Shown in pieces: positions 33,179-41,188 of a DNA stretch of 64,000 bases (the stretch's first letter is position 1; each line of letters begins with the position of its first letter). The position numbers were made by a program, and so were the translations under genes. The DNA comes from an uncultured Candidatus Saccharibacteria bacterium. Lineage in GTDB: Bacteria; Patescibacteriota; Minisyncoccia; Phycocordibacterales; CALRHW01. Where the stretch lies: NCBI GenBank assembly GCA_964390845.1, contig CAYMIL010000001.1:178448-242447 (forward strand), in the 5' to 3' direction. Below the pieces are notes generated by a model. It was not told the origin of the DNA, ran no database searches, and saw nothing but the letters and a program-made list of their open reading frames with translations.

Positions 33179-33250
33179 CCATTCGCTCTGTTTTGTGCTA
33201 TACTGCCCCGTTATACAGGGCGCACTCCCGCGTTTGTAGAGAAAACATCT

Positions 33251-34804
33251 ATGGGGAAGAAAACTACACAATCTCACAGCAACACCCAGACCGTATCGGT
33301 ACGTCCGCCGGTTATTGCTGTTATGGGACACATTGACCATGGAAAATCGTCCCTACTCGACTATATCCGGAAGTCAAATATCACCGCACACGAAGCGGGT
33401 GGTATTACCCAACATGTATCGGCATACGAGGTAGAACACACAGGACAAGATGGCATACAACACGCGATCACCTTTCTTGATACACCAGGCCACGAAGCAT
33501 TTCAGGCGTTGCGTATGCGAGGTGTAAAAATTGCCGACATTGCTATTCTTGTTGTTTCGGCGGAAGACGGCGTCAAACCACAAACACTCCACGCACTCTC
33601 ATGCATTAAAGAAGCTGGTATTCCCTACATCGTTGCCATCAACAAAATCGACAAACCAAGCGCCGACATCGATCGAACAAAACAGAGTCTTGCGGAACAT
33701 GAAATCTTTATCGAAGGTTATGGCGGAGACATTCCTTCGGTACCGATTTCAGCAAAAACAGGAGACGGAGTGAGTGACCTCCTCGACATGATGCTCCTTG
33801 TTGCTGAAATGCAAGAACTACGCGCACTCCATGACATACCCGCAGAAGGTATTGTGCTCGAAAGCAACCTTGATTCAAAAAAAGGTATCACTGCGACCCT
33901 CATTATTCGCAACGGAACCCTCTCGCAAGGTATGTATGTCGTCGCCGGCGAAAGCATGGCACCTGTGCGTATCATGGAAAACTTTTTAGGCAAAGCGATC
34001 AAAACCGCTACATTCTCAAGCCCGGTGCGCATCATCGGTTGGGACACCCTACCGACTGTTGGCGCACCGTTTATCACCTTTGCTGGACGCAAGGAAGCAG
34101 AAGCGTACGTACAAGAGGTCCGCGAACGCGCCCTTGAAGCAGCGCGAAAGAAGGCCCTACAAAAACAACACACACAAGGCACATCTCAAGAACGTGTCGT
34201 TGTTCCTCTTATTATCAAAGCAGATGCTGGTGGTAGCCTCGAAGCTCTTCTCCAGAAAATCGAACAATTACACAACGAACAAGTTGTCTTTTCTGTTATT
34301 CAAAGTGGTATTGGTGCAGTTTCAGAAAGTGATGTAAAACTTGCAACCGGCAATGAATCTGCGCTCGTCATCGGTTTTCACACCACAGCAGACCCGCGTG
34401 CAGAAAGCCTCGCACTACGATCAGGTATCACTATTCACTCCTTCAATATCATCTACAAACTCCTCGAGTGGCTCGAGACAGTCCTTCAGGAGCGCAAACC
34501 ACACGTAAGCGTTGAGGAATCCCTTGGCGTGGCCCGCATCCTTAAATTGTTCAGTGAAGCAAAAGGAAAACAAGTAATTGGTGCGAAAGTTGAAAAAGGA
34601 ATTATTGCCGTCGGCACACAGGTAAAAATCTTACGTCGAGATACTGAGATCGGCACAGGAAAAGTACGCGGTATGCAGGTATTCAAAGAGAAAGCGAACG
34701 AAGTTGAAGAAGGTGCTGAATTTGGCGCAATGATTGAAACAAAAATCGAGCTCGCCGTTGGAGATCGACTCGAATCTGTGCGCATTGTAGAAAAACAAAT
34801 ATGA
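33251..34804 (+). CDS. infB: Translation initiation factor IF-2 (short form, G domain onward)
   Basis: GHIDHGKSSLLD G1 motif, DTPGHEAF and NKID. Confidence 0.95.
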   Translation: MGKKTTQSHSNTQTVSVRPPVIAVMGHIDHGKSSLLDYIRKSNITAHEAGGITQHVSAYEVEHTGQDGIQHAITFLDTPGHEAFQALRMRGVKIADIAILVVSAEDGVKPQTLHALSCIKEAGIPYIVAINKIDKPSADIDRTKQSLAEHEIFIEGYGGDIPSVPISAKTGDGVSDLLDMMLLVAEMQELRALHDIPAEGIVLESNLDSKKGITATLIIRNGTLSQGMYVVAGESMAPVRIMENFLGKAIKTATFSSPVRIIGWDTLPTVGAPFITFAGRKEAEAYVQEVRERALEAARKKALQKQHTQGTSQERVVVPLIIKADAGGSLEALLQKIEQLHNEQVVFSVIQSGIGAVSESDVKLATGNESALVIGFHTTADPRAESLALRSGITIHSFNIIYKLLEWLETVLQERKPHVSVEESLGVARILKLFSEAKGKQVIGAKVEKGIIAVGTQVKILRRDTEIGTGKVRGMQVFKEKANEVEEGAEFGAMIETKIELAVGDRLESVRIVEKQI

Positions 34805-35151
34805 GTATCCGAGAAGAAAAAGTAAGAGAACACCTACGCCACCTAGCGGCAGAATTCCTCCAGCATGAAGCGGGACCTTCTTCGCTTATTACCGTTACCA
34901 ACGCAACCTTCAACGAACACAACAATCTTTCCACCATCTTTTTCACAACGCTTCCGGCAGACAGAGAACGTGCCGCGCTTGAATTTGCAAAACGAAAGCG
35001 TCGAGAGTTTCGAGACTATGTAAAATCTAAAACACGTATTCGAGCGCTTCCATTCTTCGACTTCGCAATAGACACTGGTGAAAAAAACCGCCAGCGCATC
35101 GACGAAATTGGTTCGCTCGATAGTGAATTGCGGGGCGACGAACAGGTGTAA
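34801..35151 (+). CDS. rbfA: Ribosome-binding factor A
   Basis: 116 aa with a KH-like RbfA fold signature, directly downstream of infB with a 4-nt overlap. Confidence 0.85.
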   Translation: MSIREEKVREHLRHLAAEFLQHEAGPSSLITVTNATFNEHNNLSTIFFTTLPADRERAALEFAKRKRREFRDYVKSKTRIRALPFFDFAIDTGEKNRQRIDEIGSLDSELRGDEQV

Positions 35152-35190
35152 GATGTGGTATAACAGAAAGGCGTCAGATAGACGCACTAT

Positions 35191-35264
35191 GGCGTAGTGG
35201 CGAAGTTGGTTAACGCGGCGGTCTGCAAAACCGCTATGCGCCGGTTCAATTCCGGCCTACGCCT
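35191..35264 (+). tRNA. tRNA-Cys (GCA)
   Basis: Cloverleaf folded by hand: acceptor GGCGTAG/CTACGCC, anticodon loop cuGCAaa, T-loop TTCAATT. Confidence 0.85.
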
Positions 35265-35306
35265 CAAAGATTCCCTCAAGAAAAAAACGTGATACAGTAT
35301 CACTAA

Positions 35307-35391
35307 GCCCGGGTGATGAAATTGGTAGACATAGTCGACTTAAAATCGGCGGCCGAAAGGCATGCGGGTTCGATTCCCGCCCTGGGCACCA
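35307..35391 (+). tRNA. tRNA-Leu (TAA), type II, with encoded CCA
   Basis: Acceptor GCCCGGG/CCTGGGC, anticodon loop cuUAAaa, long variable arm and T-loop TTCGATT. Confidence 0.85.
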
Positions 35392-35404
35392 CAATACTCC
35401 ATAT

Positions 35405-35432
35405 TTGACATTTCTTTAAAATGTGCTAATAT
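35405..35432 (+). promoter_or_regulatory. Near-consensus sigma70 promoter for cassette D (TTGACA-N16-TAATAT)
   Basis: tTTGACAtttctttaaaatgtgcTAATAT. A GAAAGGGA Shine-Dalgarno lies 6 nt before the ATG at 35491. Confidence 0.55.
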
Positions 35433-35490
35433 GGGTTCTAGTCACATACCGAATAAACGACTGACGCTCCTTTCACGAAAGGGACTACCG

Positions 35491-35898
35491 ATGAGTATCT
35501 CACGTGTGCAAGAACTGTTCAGACGGCTTTTGAAGCGGTCTGAACCAGAGTGGCCGCAGCTCGTCGCAGAGAAGGACGAGATGAAACGCCAACTCGACGA
35601 GTACACACGGAAGTACCGCAACAGCCAACTTCCGTACCGCGATCGAGCGCACGCCGCAGAGGCATACGTGCGCGAAGCTCCGAAGCTCGTCCGCCACGCC
35701 GCTACTATGGCGACTGCAGGCGGACGCACCCAGAGTCTCGAGGACTACGATCCTCGCCTCGTCGCCATCATGACAGCTGAACTTGGCTACATCGCCAAGC
35801 ATTTCAAGCGGTACCCCGGGTGCTATGAGGGTGTCGTGGTGATCATCCGGTCGCCACACTTCCCCGAGCGTCTCCAGGGACAGGTCCTGTTCAACTGA
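35491..35898 (+). CDS. GC-rich cassette D: hypothetical soluble protein (136 aa) between tRNA-Leu and tRNA-Lys
   Basis: High GC and GC3 codons. The longer ORF in the track overlaps tRNA-Leu, so the start was set at the first ATG after the promoter. Confidence 0.55.
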   Translation: MSISRVQELFRRLLKRSEPEWPQLVAEKDEMKRQLDEYTRKYRNSQLPYRDRAHAAEAYVREAPKLVRHAATMATAGGRTQSLEDYDPRLVAIMTAELGYIAKHFKRYPGCYEGVVVIIRSPHFPERLQGQVLFN

Positions 35899-35925
35899 AT
35901 CCGTGATGAAGCTATGCATCACACA

Positions 35926-35960
35926 CCCCCGACCGCACCACGTGCGCGGTCGGGGTTTTC
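35926..35960 (+). terminator. Intrinsic terminator of cassette D
   Basis: CCCCCGACCGCaccacgtGCGCGGTCGGGG followed by tttt. Confidence 0.75.
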
Positions 35961-36003
35961 CATTACTATGTTTTATGTTATAAAGATATCTGTCGTTCCT
36001 TTT

Positions 36004-36076
36004 CCGCCTATAGCTCAGTTGGTAGAGCAACCGCCTCTTAAGCGGTGGGTCCCAGGTTCGAATCCTGGTGGGCGGA
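36004..36076 (+). tRNA. tRNA-Lys (CTT)
   Basis: Acceptor CCGCCTA/TGGGCGG, D-arm GCTCAGTTGGTAGAGC, anticodon loop cuCTTaa, T-loop TTCGAAT. Confidence 0.85.
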
Positions 36077-36103
36077 CTCGGTGTCGTGCGCACACATACA
36101 TAC

Positions 36104-36185
36104 GGGCGAGTGGCGTAATTGGTAGCCGCGCTAGTCTTAGGAACTAGTGGAGTAATCCATGGGAGTTCGAGTCTCCCCTCGCCCA
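36104..36185 (+). tRNA. tRNA-Leu (TAG), type II
   Basis: Acceptor GGGCGAG/CTCGCCC, anticodon loop cuTAGga, long variable arm and T-loop TTCGAGT. Confidence 0.85.
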
Positions 36186-36189
36186 CAAC

Positions 36190-36217
36190 TTGACTTTTCT
36201 GTTTTTTTGTGTATAAT
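36190..36217 (+). promoter_or_regulatory. Strong sigma70 promoter for cassette E1, immediately 3' of tRNA-Leu (TTGACT-N16-TATAAT)
   Basis: TTGACTtttctgtttttttgtgTATAAT. Confidence 0.6.
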
Positions 36218-36245
36218 ATTTTTTAGGCTCACAGCTGTGGCCGTA

Positions 36246-37562
36246 ATGATTACGGCTCGGTGTAGAGTCGTTCTTTGGCATCATCGCAACAAGAGAAAGG
36301 TAGCGTGTCTCGTGAAGAAGAAAATCAACTGGATGTTTTGGATCAACTTGTACCTCCTGAGCGGCTGCGTAGCGGTGCTCGGGTGGTACGCCAACCCTCT
36401 GCTGGGAGTGGTGATCATCGTCATTTCCCTCTTCCACCCCGCCATGTACTTGGCGCTGGGCTGGACGGTCCGCAAGATCGCTTCGTGGGAGAAGAAGAAG
36501 TTCTTCATCTTTCCCACTGAGGGACAGATCATTCCCATTGTGAGAGGTGTCTCCAGCGGAACCGACAAAGACCGTGGTGACGCAAGAAGTGACACCAGCA
36601 AAACTGGTGGCGCCCGTAGTGGCGTGTTTGACCACTTCGTGATCTCTATCCGGGGGCACGTCATGGTCGGCAACAAGCTGGTAAAGCTTCCAGACAACGA
36701 GGAAGCACCGCGTAGCTTTTGGAATCTGCACTTCGGTGTGGAATGGATTGGCTTGTGGCAGACGGTCCAGACGTACCACTTCAAGTGGAACACCCTGAAG
36801 TGGAACGCTGAAACCGAAGAGGCCGAGATTTTTCCTCGGGATGAAATTGTGTCTTCGCTGTTTTGGAGGGCGCAATACGCATTCCTGATTGTTGAGGTGG
36901 AGGACAAAAACAACCTCCGCCTCACTCTCAAGGTTCTCGTGAACCTGAGGACGGTCAATCCGTACCAGACGCTGTACGGAACATCTGGCAAGCCAGGCGA
37001 CTGGATTCAAGCGGTCGCCGCCGCGATTACCGCGGTCATCCGAGACTTCGTGGGCAAGGAAAGCTACGAGAGTCTGATCGGGATGCAGACCGAAGGCGAT
37101 AACTCGCCCTTCATCAGGGCAATCAAGACCCTCAACACGAAGTGCCTCAATGGCAACGATAGCCTCGAGGACTTGTACGGCCAGGTCATCGACAGCGCCA
37201 ACATGATCTCGGTCGAGCTTTCGGACGAGGACATGCGTGAGATCACGCAGGAGAAGTACCGGGCCGAGCAGAAGAAGCTCGCGGCAGAGCAGGACGCTGT
37301 ACGGACCATTACCCTCGGCACCGCTGAGGCAACGGTTCGACAGAAGAACCTCGAGGCAGAAGCCGCTGGCAAGAAGGCCATGCTTAAAGCCGAAGCTGCT
37401 GGCACGAAGGCTGTACTTGAGGCAACTGCGGCAGGCTACGAGAAGATCGGAACCGCTGCAGATGGCAAGGGTGCCAGCATGTTCGCTGCTTCGAAACTGA
37501 GTGAAACCAAGGGCACCCTTGTCTTGGACAAGGACACCATTGGTCTCAACCTGAACCAGTAA
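36246..37562 (+). CDS. GC-rich cassette E1: SPFH/band-7 (flotillin-like) membrane protein
   Basis: N-terminal TM region; SPFH core; C-terminal AEQKKLAAEQ...EAEAAGKKAMLKAEAAGTKAVLEATAAG flotillin-type EA repeats. The start is 36246, with an alternative ATG at 36333. The 5' part of the ORF in the track overlaps the tRNA. Confidence 0.7.
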   Translation: MITARCRVVLWHHRNKRKVACLVKKKINWMFWINLYLLSGCVAVLGWYANPLLGVVIIVISLFHPAMYLALGWTVRKIASWEKKKFFIFPTEGQIIPIVRGVSSGTDKDRGDARSDTSKTGGARSGVFDHFVISIRGHVMVGNKLVKLPDNEEAPRSFWNLHFGVEWIGLWQTVQTYHFKWNTLKWNAETEEAEIFPRDEIVSSLFWRAQYAFLIVEVEDKNNLRLTLKVLVNLRTVNPYQTLYGTSGKPGDWIQAVAAAITAVIRDFVGKESYESLIGMQTEGDNSPFIRAIKTLNTKCLNGNDSLEDLYGQVIDSANMISVELSDEDMREITQEKYRAEQKKLAAEQDAVRTITLGTAEATVRQKNLEAEAAGKKAMLKAEAAGTKAVLEATAAGYEKIGTAADGKGASMFAASKLSETKGTLVLDKDTIGLNLNQ

Positions 37563-37597
37563 CCCTTCGACCTCTCTCTGCGATGGTGCGCCCACAA

Positions 37598-37625
37598 GCC
37601 AGTATTCCACGGACGGAATACTGGC
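37598..37625 (+). terminator. Hairpin terminator of E1 abutting the E2 promoter
   Basis: GCCAGTATTCCacggacGGAATACTGGC followed by TTGACTTTT. Confidence 0.6.
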
Positions 37626-37654
37626 TTGACTTTTATATAAAAACGTGATAGTAT
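37626..37654 (+). promoter_or_regulatory. sigma70 promoter for E2 (TTGACT-N17-TAGTAT); an AAGGAG Shine-Dalgarno lies 6 nt before the GTG start
   Basis: TTGACTtttatataaaaacgtgaTAGTAT. AAGGAG at 37715-37720. Confidence 0.55.
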
Positions 37655-37726
37655 TATACAGGTAGGCTTGCTCTTTCACATATCACTCACACCCAATCCC
37701 CCTTCCGGGGGCACAAGGAGAACACT

Positions 37727-38683
37727 GTGTTCACGTCCATTCACAAGAACGTCTCTCGTCTGTACCGTAAGGCACTTGTCGCCAAGAAGCGCTTGAAGAA
37801 GCGCCGCATCAAGAACCACGGCGGACTCAAGAAGAAGTTCGGCGCGGCATTCGGGTGGATGCGCGACAAGGCATCCGCAACGACCAAGAAGGTCGCACCC
37901 GCGATGGCGTGGGCTCGCGAAAAGTCTGCGCGCCTGTACGCACGGGCAATCGCTGCGGGCAGTGGCACCAAGAAGCGCGTCCCCGCCATGTCGGCATGGA
38001 TGCGCAACAAGGGGTCGCGAGTCCTCGCATGGTCAGGCAAGCACAAGCAGTACGCTGTGCCTGCGCTCCTCGCGGGAGCGCTGGTCGGCATGATCATGTT
38101 CCTCCCCACCAAGAGCCTTCCGTCGTTTGGAGGCACAGGGGCGATCGTCTCGTTCCTGATCTGGACCGGTTGCATCATCGCAGGCCTTGGCATGATCACC
38201 CTCGTGGTGGTCTTGCAGATCAAGAAGAAGTTCCGGGTAGGAACGTTTCTCGCGCTGATCGCATTTTCTGGATCGGTAGCAATGATCGTGTGGCTCATTT
38301 GCCGCGGACCAGCAACGGCAACCGCAAACCGCAACCTCGTGGAGATTGCTTACGACAAAGAGATCGTGGGCACTCTTCACAAGGGAGAGTGGACTCCGGT
38401 ATTCGTCACCCCGACGAACTCTGGAAAAACCGTTGCGGACGTGGGTATGGAAAGCGAGTCGCCGGAAATGGTGATCCGCTACACCGCCCGCACCAAGCAA
38501 TGGGGCTCTGTTCAGAAGGAGCTTCCTCCCTTCCGATGCGAACGGGGTCGAGGGGTTTCCTGGCAGGAGTTCAGCTCCTACTACAGGAACCATTTCGGCC
38601 TCGATGTCATCGAGGTTTGTGCACTGCGAATTGGGTGCACGACCGATGAGCCCCTGACCTATGTGGTCAAGGCACACCGGTGA
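37727..38683 (+). CDS. GC-rich cassette E2: 3-TM membrane protein with N-terminal basic W-M-R-x-K amphipathic repeats and a C-terminal soluble domain; possible NfeD-like partner of the SPFH protein
   Basis: GTG start with a strong Shine-Dalgarno. Repeats AAFGWMRDKAS / AMAWAREKS / AMSAWMRNKGS. Three hydrophobic helices and a ~140-aa C-terminal domain. Confidence 0.6.
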   Translation: MFTSIHKNVSRLYRKALVAKKRLKKRRIKNHGGLKKKFGAAFGWMRDKASATTKKVAPAMAWAREKSARLYARAIAAGSGTKKRVPAMSAWMRNKGSRVLAWSGKHKQYAVPALLAGALVGMIMFLPTKSLPSFGGTGAIVSFLIWTGCIIAGLGMITLVVVLQIKKKFRVGTFLALIAFSGSVAMIVWLICRGPATATANRNLVEIAYDKEIVGTLHKGEWTPVFVTPTNSGKTVADVGMESESPEMVIRYTARTKQWGSVQKELPPFRCERGRGVSWQEFSSYYRNHFGLDVIEVCALRIGCTTDEPLTYVVKAHR

Positions 38684-38701
38684 CGTGTCGAGTGATTTCT
38701 T

Positions 38702-38730
38702 GCGGCGTGGGACTTGTCCCACGCCGCTTT
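38702..38730 (+). terminator. Intrinsic terminator of E2
   Basis: GCGGCGTGGGActtgTCCCACGCCGC followed by tttcgttttc. Confidence 0.75.
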
Positions 38731-38754
38731 CGTTTTCATATTTCTTTCTCAAAC

Positions 38755-38785
38755 AAAAAACCCGGCAGACAGCCGGGCATTTTGT
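38755..38785 (-). terminator. Terminator at the 3' end of the small-protein array (minus strand)
   Basis: CCCGGCtgtctGCCGGG followed by ttttttg on the minus strand. Confidence 0.7.
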
Positions 38786-38794
38786 ATAAAAGCG

Positions 38795-39064
38795 TTAGAA
38801 AAAGCCTGATCCAGGAGGATTGGGGATGCCGAATGTTCTCAGAAGGACTCGAATGATGCCATAGACAGAAACCATGATAAACATTCCAACAATGCCCCAG
38901 AAAATACTACGCTTCCCGTCTTCCACATCGCCTCCATTCCCCGTGTCGCGGATAAACTTCACAATGCCGTAAAAGAATACTGTCAGCGCAATAGCAAATA
39001 GAAGAACAACAATCGGCTGAAGAATATACTGAACAACGTTATTTAACAGTCCATATATATTCAT
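38795..39064 (-). CDS. Array member P1: small two-TM protein (pilin-like core, no signal peptide)
   Basis: 89 aa with a hydrophobic helix, a charged loop (DTGNGGDVEDGKRS) and a second hydrophobic helix. Paralogous to P2-P4. Confidence 0.7.
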   Translation of the reverse strand: MNIYGLLNNVVQYILQPIVVLLFAIALTVFFYGIVKFIRDTGNGGDVEDGKRSIFWGIVGMFIMVSVYGIIRVLLRTFGIPNPPGSGFF

Positions 39065-39076
39065 AGAAAACGACTA

Positions 39077-39448
39077 CTAATTATTACCAGGAATTGGAAC
39101 ACTTGGAACAGTGATAGAACCATTATCTGAGCTACCACCAACACCAACACCGAGTGAATCACCGATAAATCGAACGAGTCCCCATACGCTTGAAGCTACG
39201 AATAGCGCAACGATTCCCCACACCATCATCTGTCGTCCTTCTTTTCGCGCGTCGCTATCTGTCGCATTCATCACAAACTTCAAAAGACCCCAGAAGAAGT
39301 ACACGAGAATGAGAGCGAAGATGATTGGAGTTACAAGTCCAATTATGTCTCCAATAGCCCTAATAAGACTCTTAATTTTTGTGAGCTCTGCAGCAAACGC
39401 GAGTGCCGGTGAGAGAAACAGCGCGCTTCCGATAATAATCTTTTTCAT
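39077..39448 (-). CDS. Array member P2: secreted small two-TM protein
   Basis: Signal peptide MKKIIIGSALFLSPALAFA; FFWGLLKF...MMVWGIVALFV...VWGLVRF motifs. Confidence 0.7.
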   Translation of the reverse strand: MKKIIIGSALFLSPALAFAAELTKIKSLIRAIGDIIGLVTPIIFALILVYFFWGLLKFVMNATDSDARKEGRQMMVWGIVALFVASSVWGLVRFIGDSLGVGVGGSSDNGSITVPSVPIPGNN

Positions 39449-39536
39449 ATACGTTTCTAACTTTTTAAATACTAATATGGTACCCAATAATAATACTACA
39501 CATACACCGCTTTAGCCCAGATGGCTGTGAATAACC

Positions 39537-39851
39537 CTAAAAACCTCCACTTGAAAGCGACTCGCCAGTTTTTATGTTGAGATTGTCTCCCACAAACTTA
39601 ACGATACCCCACACACTCATCATGACAAACAGCGCAATCACGCCCCACACCATAAACTTCCGACCCTCTTCACGCTTCCCGCTTTCTGCTGAGTGCAACA
39701 TAAACTGCGCAATACCCCACAAAAACGCAACAAATGTGATCCCAGCAACAATAGGAATGAGTGCTGTGATAACACTGTAAGCACCCCCAAGCAGGTCGTT
39801 GATACCTCCATTAGACGCTTCTGCAATATACGGGAGAAAAAGATGCTTCAT
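39537..39851 (-). CDS. Array member P3: small two-TM protein
   Basis: FLWGIAQF...KREEGRKFMVWGVIALFVMMSVWGIVKF, paralogous to P2. Confidence 0.7.
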   Translation of the reverse strand: MKHLFLPYIAEASNGGINDLLGGAYSVITALIPIVAGITFVAFLWGIAQFMLHSAESGKREEGRKFMVWGVIALFVMMSVWGIVKFVGDNLNIKTGESLSSGGF

Positions 39852-39854
39852 ATA

Positions 39855-40283
39855 TTAAAAGGTTGGCAATCGAGGCACAGATACAGAGCTCGTGCCCACA
39901 AGATCGCTTGCGAGAAAATTGACAATACCCCAGATACTCACCATCACAAACAGCCCAATAATCCCCCAAAACATAATGTTGCGTGCCGCCTCGTGCGAAC
40001 CACCATCACCACTAGCACTGTACACAAAGCGTGCAAGTCCCCAGAAGAAAACAAGGAGCGCTGCGGCAGCGAGAAGCGGTACAATTTGTCGAAGAATACC
40101 AACAAAAATACAAATCACTTCACGAAAATTTGTTGGAGGCACAGAGCACGTATTTTGATATGTATAAAACTGACCAACTTCAGACTGGGAGAAAAAGCCG
40201 GCTGCCGACGCGCTGTGCATAGGCACAATCATCTGCGCACACGACAGTATACAGAATACGATAACTAGAATCTTTTTTGACAT
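39855..40283 (-). CDS. Array member P4: secreted small two-TM protein with an N-terminal Cys pair
   Basis: Signal peptide; FFWGLARF...AARNIMFWGIIGLFVMVSIWGIVNF. Confidence 0.7.
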   Translation of the reverse strand: MSKKILVIVFCILSCAQMIVPMHSASAAGFFSQSEVGQFYTYQNTCSVPPTNFREVICIFVGILRQIVPLLAAAALLVFFWGLARFVYSASGDGGSHEAARNIMFWGIIGLFVMVSIWGIVNFLASDLVGTSSVSVPRLPTF

Positions 40284-40750
40284 AAATCTGGGATGCTGTT
40301 ATTGGACACTTGGCAGATTGTTGCGCGTACCGCTTCCACAATCACCACAGCGCCAAACAAAATCGCCGCGCCAATCATCACACCATAGAAACCCTTCTTT
40401 GCCTCTTCAAGCTTTTTCACATCACCCTGAGCCGTCACAAACTTGTATCCTGTGTAGATAACGTAGAAAACAACCACTATCGACCCGATAGGCATCACAA
40501 TCACCTTAAGCACATATTCAATAAAACCAATAAGACTGTTTGGTCCATTTACACCCTCTCCAAAGGGGTTTGGAAAATATGACAATTGGCTAGAGCCAGA
40601 ACTTCCCCCGCTCGAGCCTCCTGGATTTTGTGTAATAACCCCAGAAGATTGACCCGATGACGGGTTTTGAGTTTCTACCTGAGCAGACACAGACACTACA
40701 GACGCACACCAGAGAGTCACACACATGAGCACAACAAGTATGTATTTCAT
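40265..40750 (-). CDS. Array member P5: secreted protein with a Gly/Ser-rich linker and two TM helices
   Basis: Signal peptide MKYILVVLMCVTLWCASVVSVSA, a GGSSGGSSGSS linker, then two hydrophobic helices separated by QGDVKKLEEAKKG. Confidence 0.65.
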   Translation of the reverse strand: MKYILVVLMCVTLWCASVVSVSAQVETQNPSSGQSSGVITQNPGGSSGGSSGSSQLSYFPNPFGEGVNGPNSLIGFIEYVLKVIVMPIGSIVVVFYVIYTGYKFVTAQGDVKKLEEAKKGFYGVMIGAAILFGAVVIVEAVRATICQVSNNSIPDLCQKRF

Positions 40751-40767
40751 ACAATGATTATATAATC

Positions 40768-41181
40768 TTATTTCAGCAATGAGAAGGATTGGTCAAGCAA
40801 ACTCACGATTGTATACACAATAAGCCACGCGGAGAGCACCAAGAGAAAACCCTTAAGCACCAGAAAAAAGATGGACCGCGCTTTTTCTACCTGTTTAGGG
40901 TTATCAACAGCAGTAATATACAAAAAACCGGCATAGGTAAAAGATATTGCCGCAAGCGGAATCGCAAGGGCAATGAGATAGTTGATCACATTTTTACCAA
41001 GCTTAAGGAGATCGTTGAACGTACACTCGTCTGTAATACCTCCCGTCGACGGGTCGACTGTGTTGCCACACGGAATCAGGCCATTTCCTCGGCTTTGAGC
41101 ATGCGCCATCGATGGAAGTGCTACAGATACCGCGCACACAAGCATCACACATGCAAGACATATTCCTGAAAGTAGTTTCAT
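40768..41181 (-). CDS. Array member P6: secreted two-TM protein with an N-terminal Cys pair
   Basis: Signal peptide MKLLSGICLACVMLVCAVSVALPSMAHA, a CGN...DEC pair, and two hydrophobic helices around DNPKQVEKARS. Confidence 0.65.
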   Translation of the reverse strand: MKLLSGICLACVMLVCAVSVALPSMAHAQSRGNGLIPCGNTVDPSTGGITDECTFNDLLKLGKNVINYLIALAIPLAAISFTYAGFLYITAVDNPKQVEKARSIFFLVLKGFLLVLSAWLIVYTIVSLLDQSFSLLK

Positions 41182-41188
41182 AGAGTAG

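Noticed and set aside
35362-35490. 5' extension of the cassette D ORF (MRVRFPPWAPQ...) and of the E1 ORF (36159-36245)
   Set aside because: These extensions overlap tRNA-Leu(TAA) and tRNA-Leu(TAG) respectively, and the promoters lie inside them. The CDS starts were moved downstream.
36144-37679. 511-aa minus-strand ORF antisense to the SPFH gene
   Set aside because: It is L/V/R/G-rich low-complexity translation, typical of antisense frames in high-GC DNA. The plus-strand product has clear SPFH/flotillin homology and has its own promoter and terminator.
37741-38752. Minus-strand ORFs 37741-38334 (197 aa) and 38033-38752 (239 aa) antisense to E2
   Set aside because: They are Arg/Ala/Pro-rich nonsense frames. 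E2 on the plus strand has AAGGAG-GTG start context, TM helices and a terminator.
35191-38785. att-site duplication of tRNA 3' ends flanking the tRNA-associated island
   Set aside because: I looked for a repeat of the 3' ~20 nt of tRNA-Leu(TAG) or tRNA-Leu(TAA) downstream of E2 and found none within the window.
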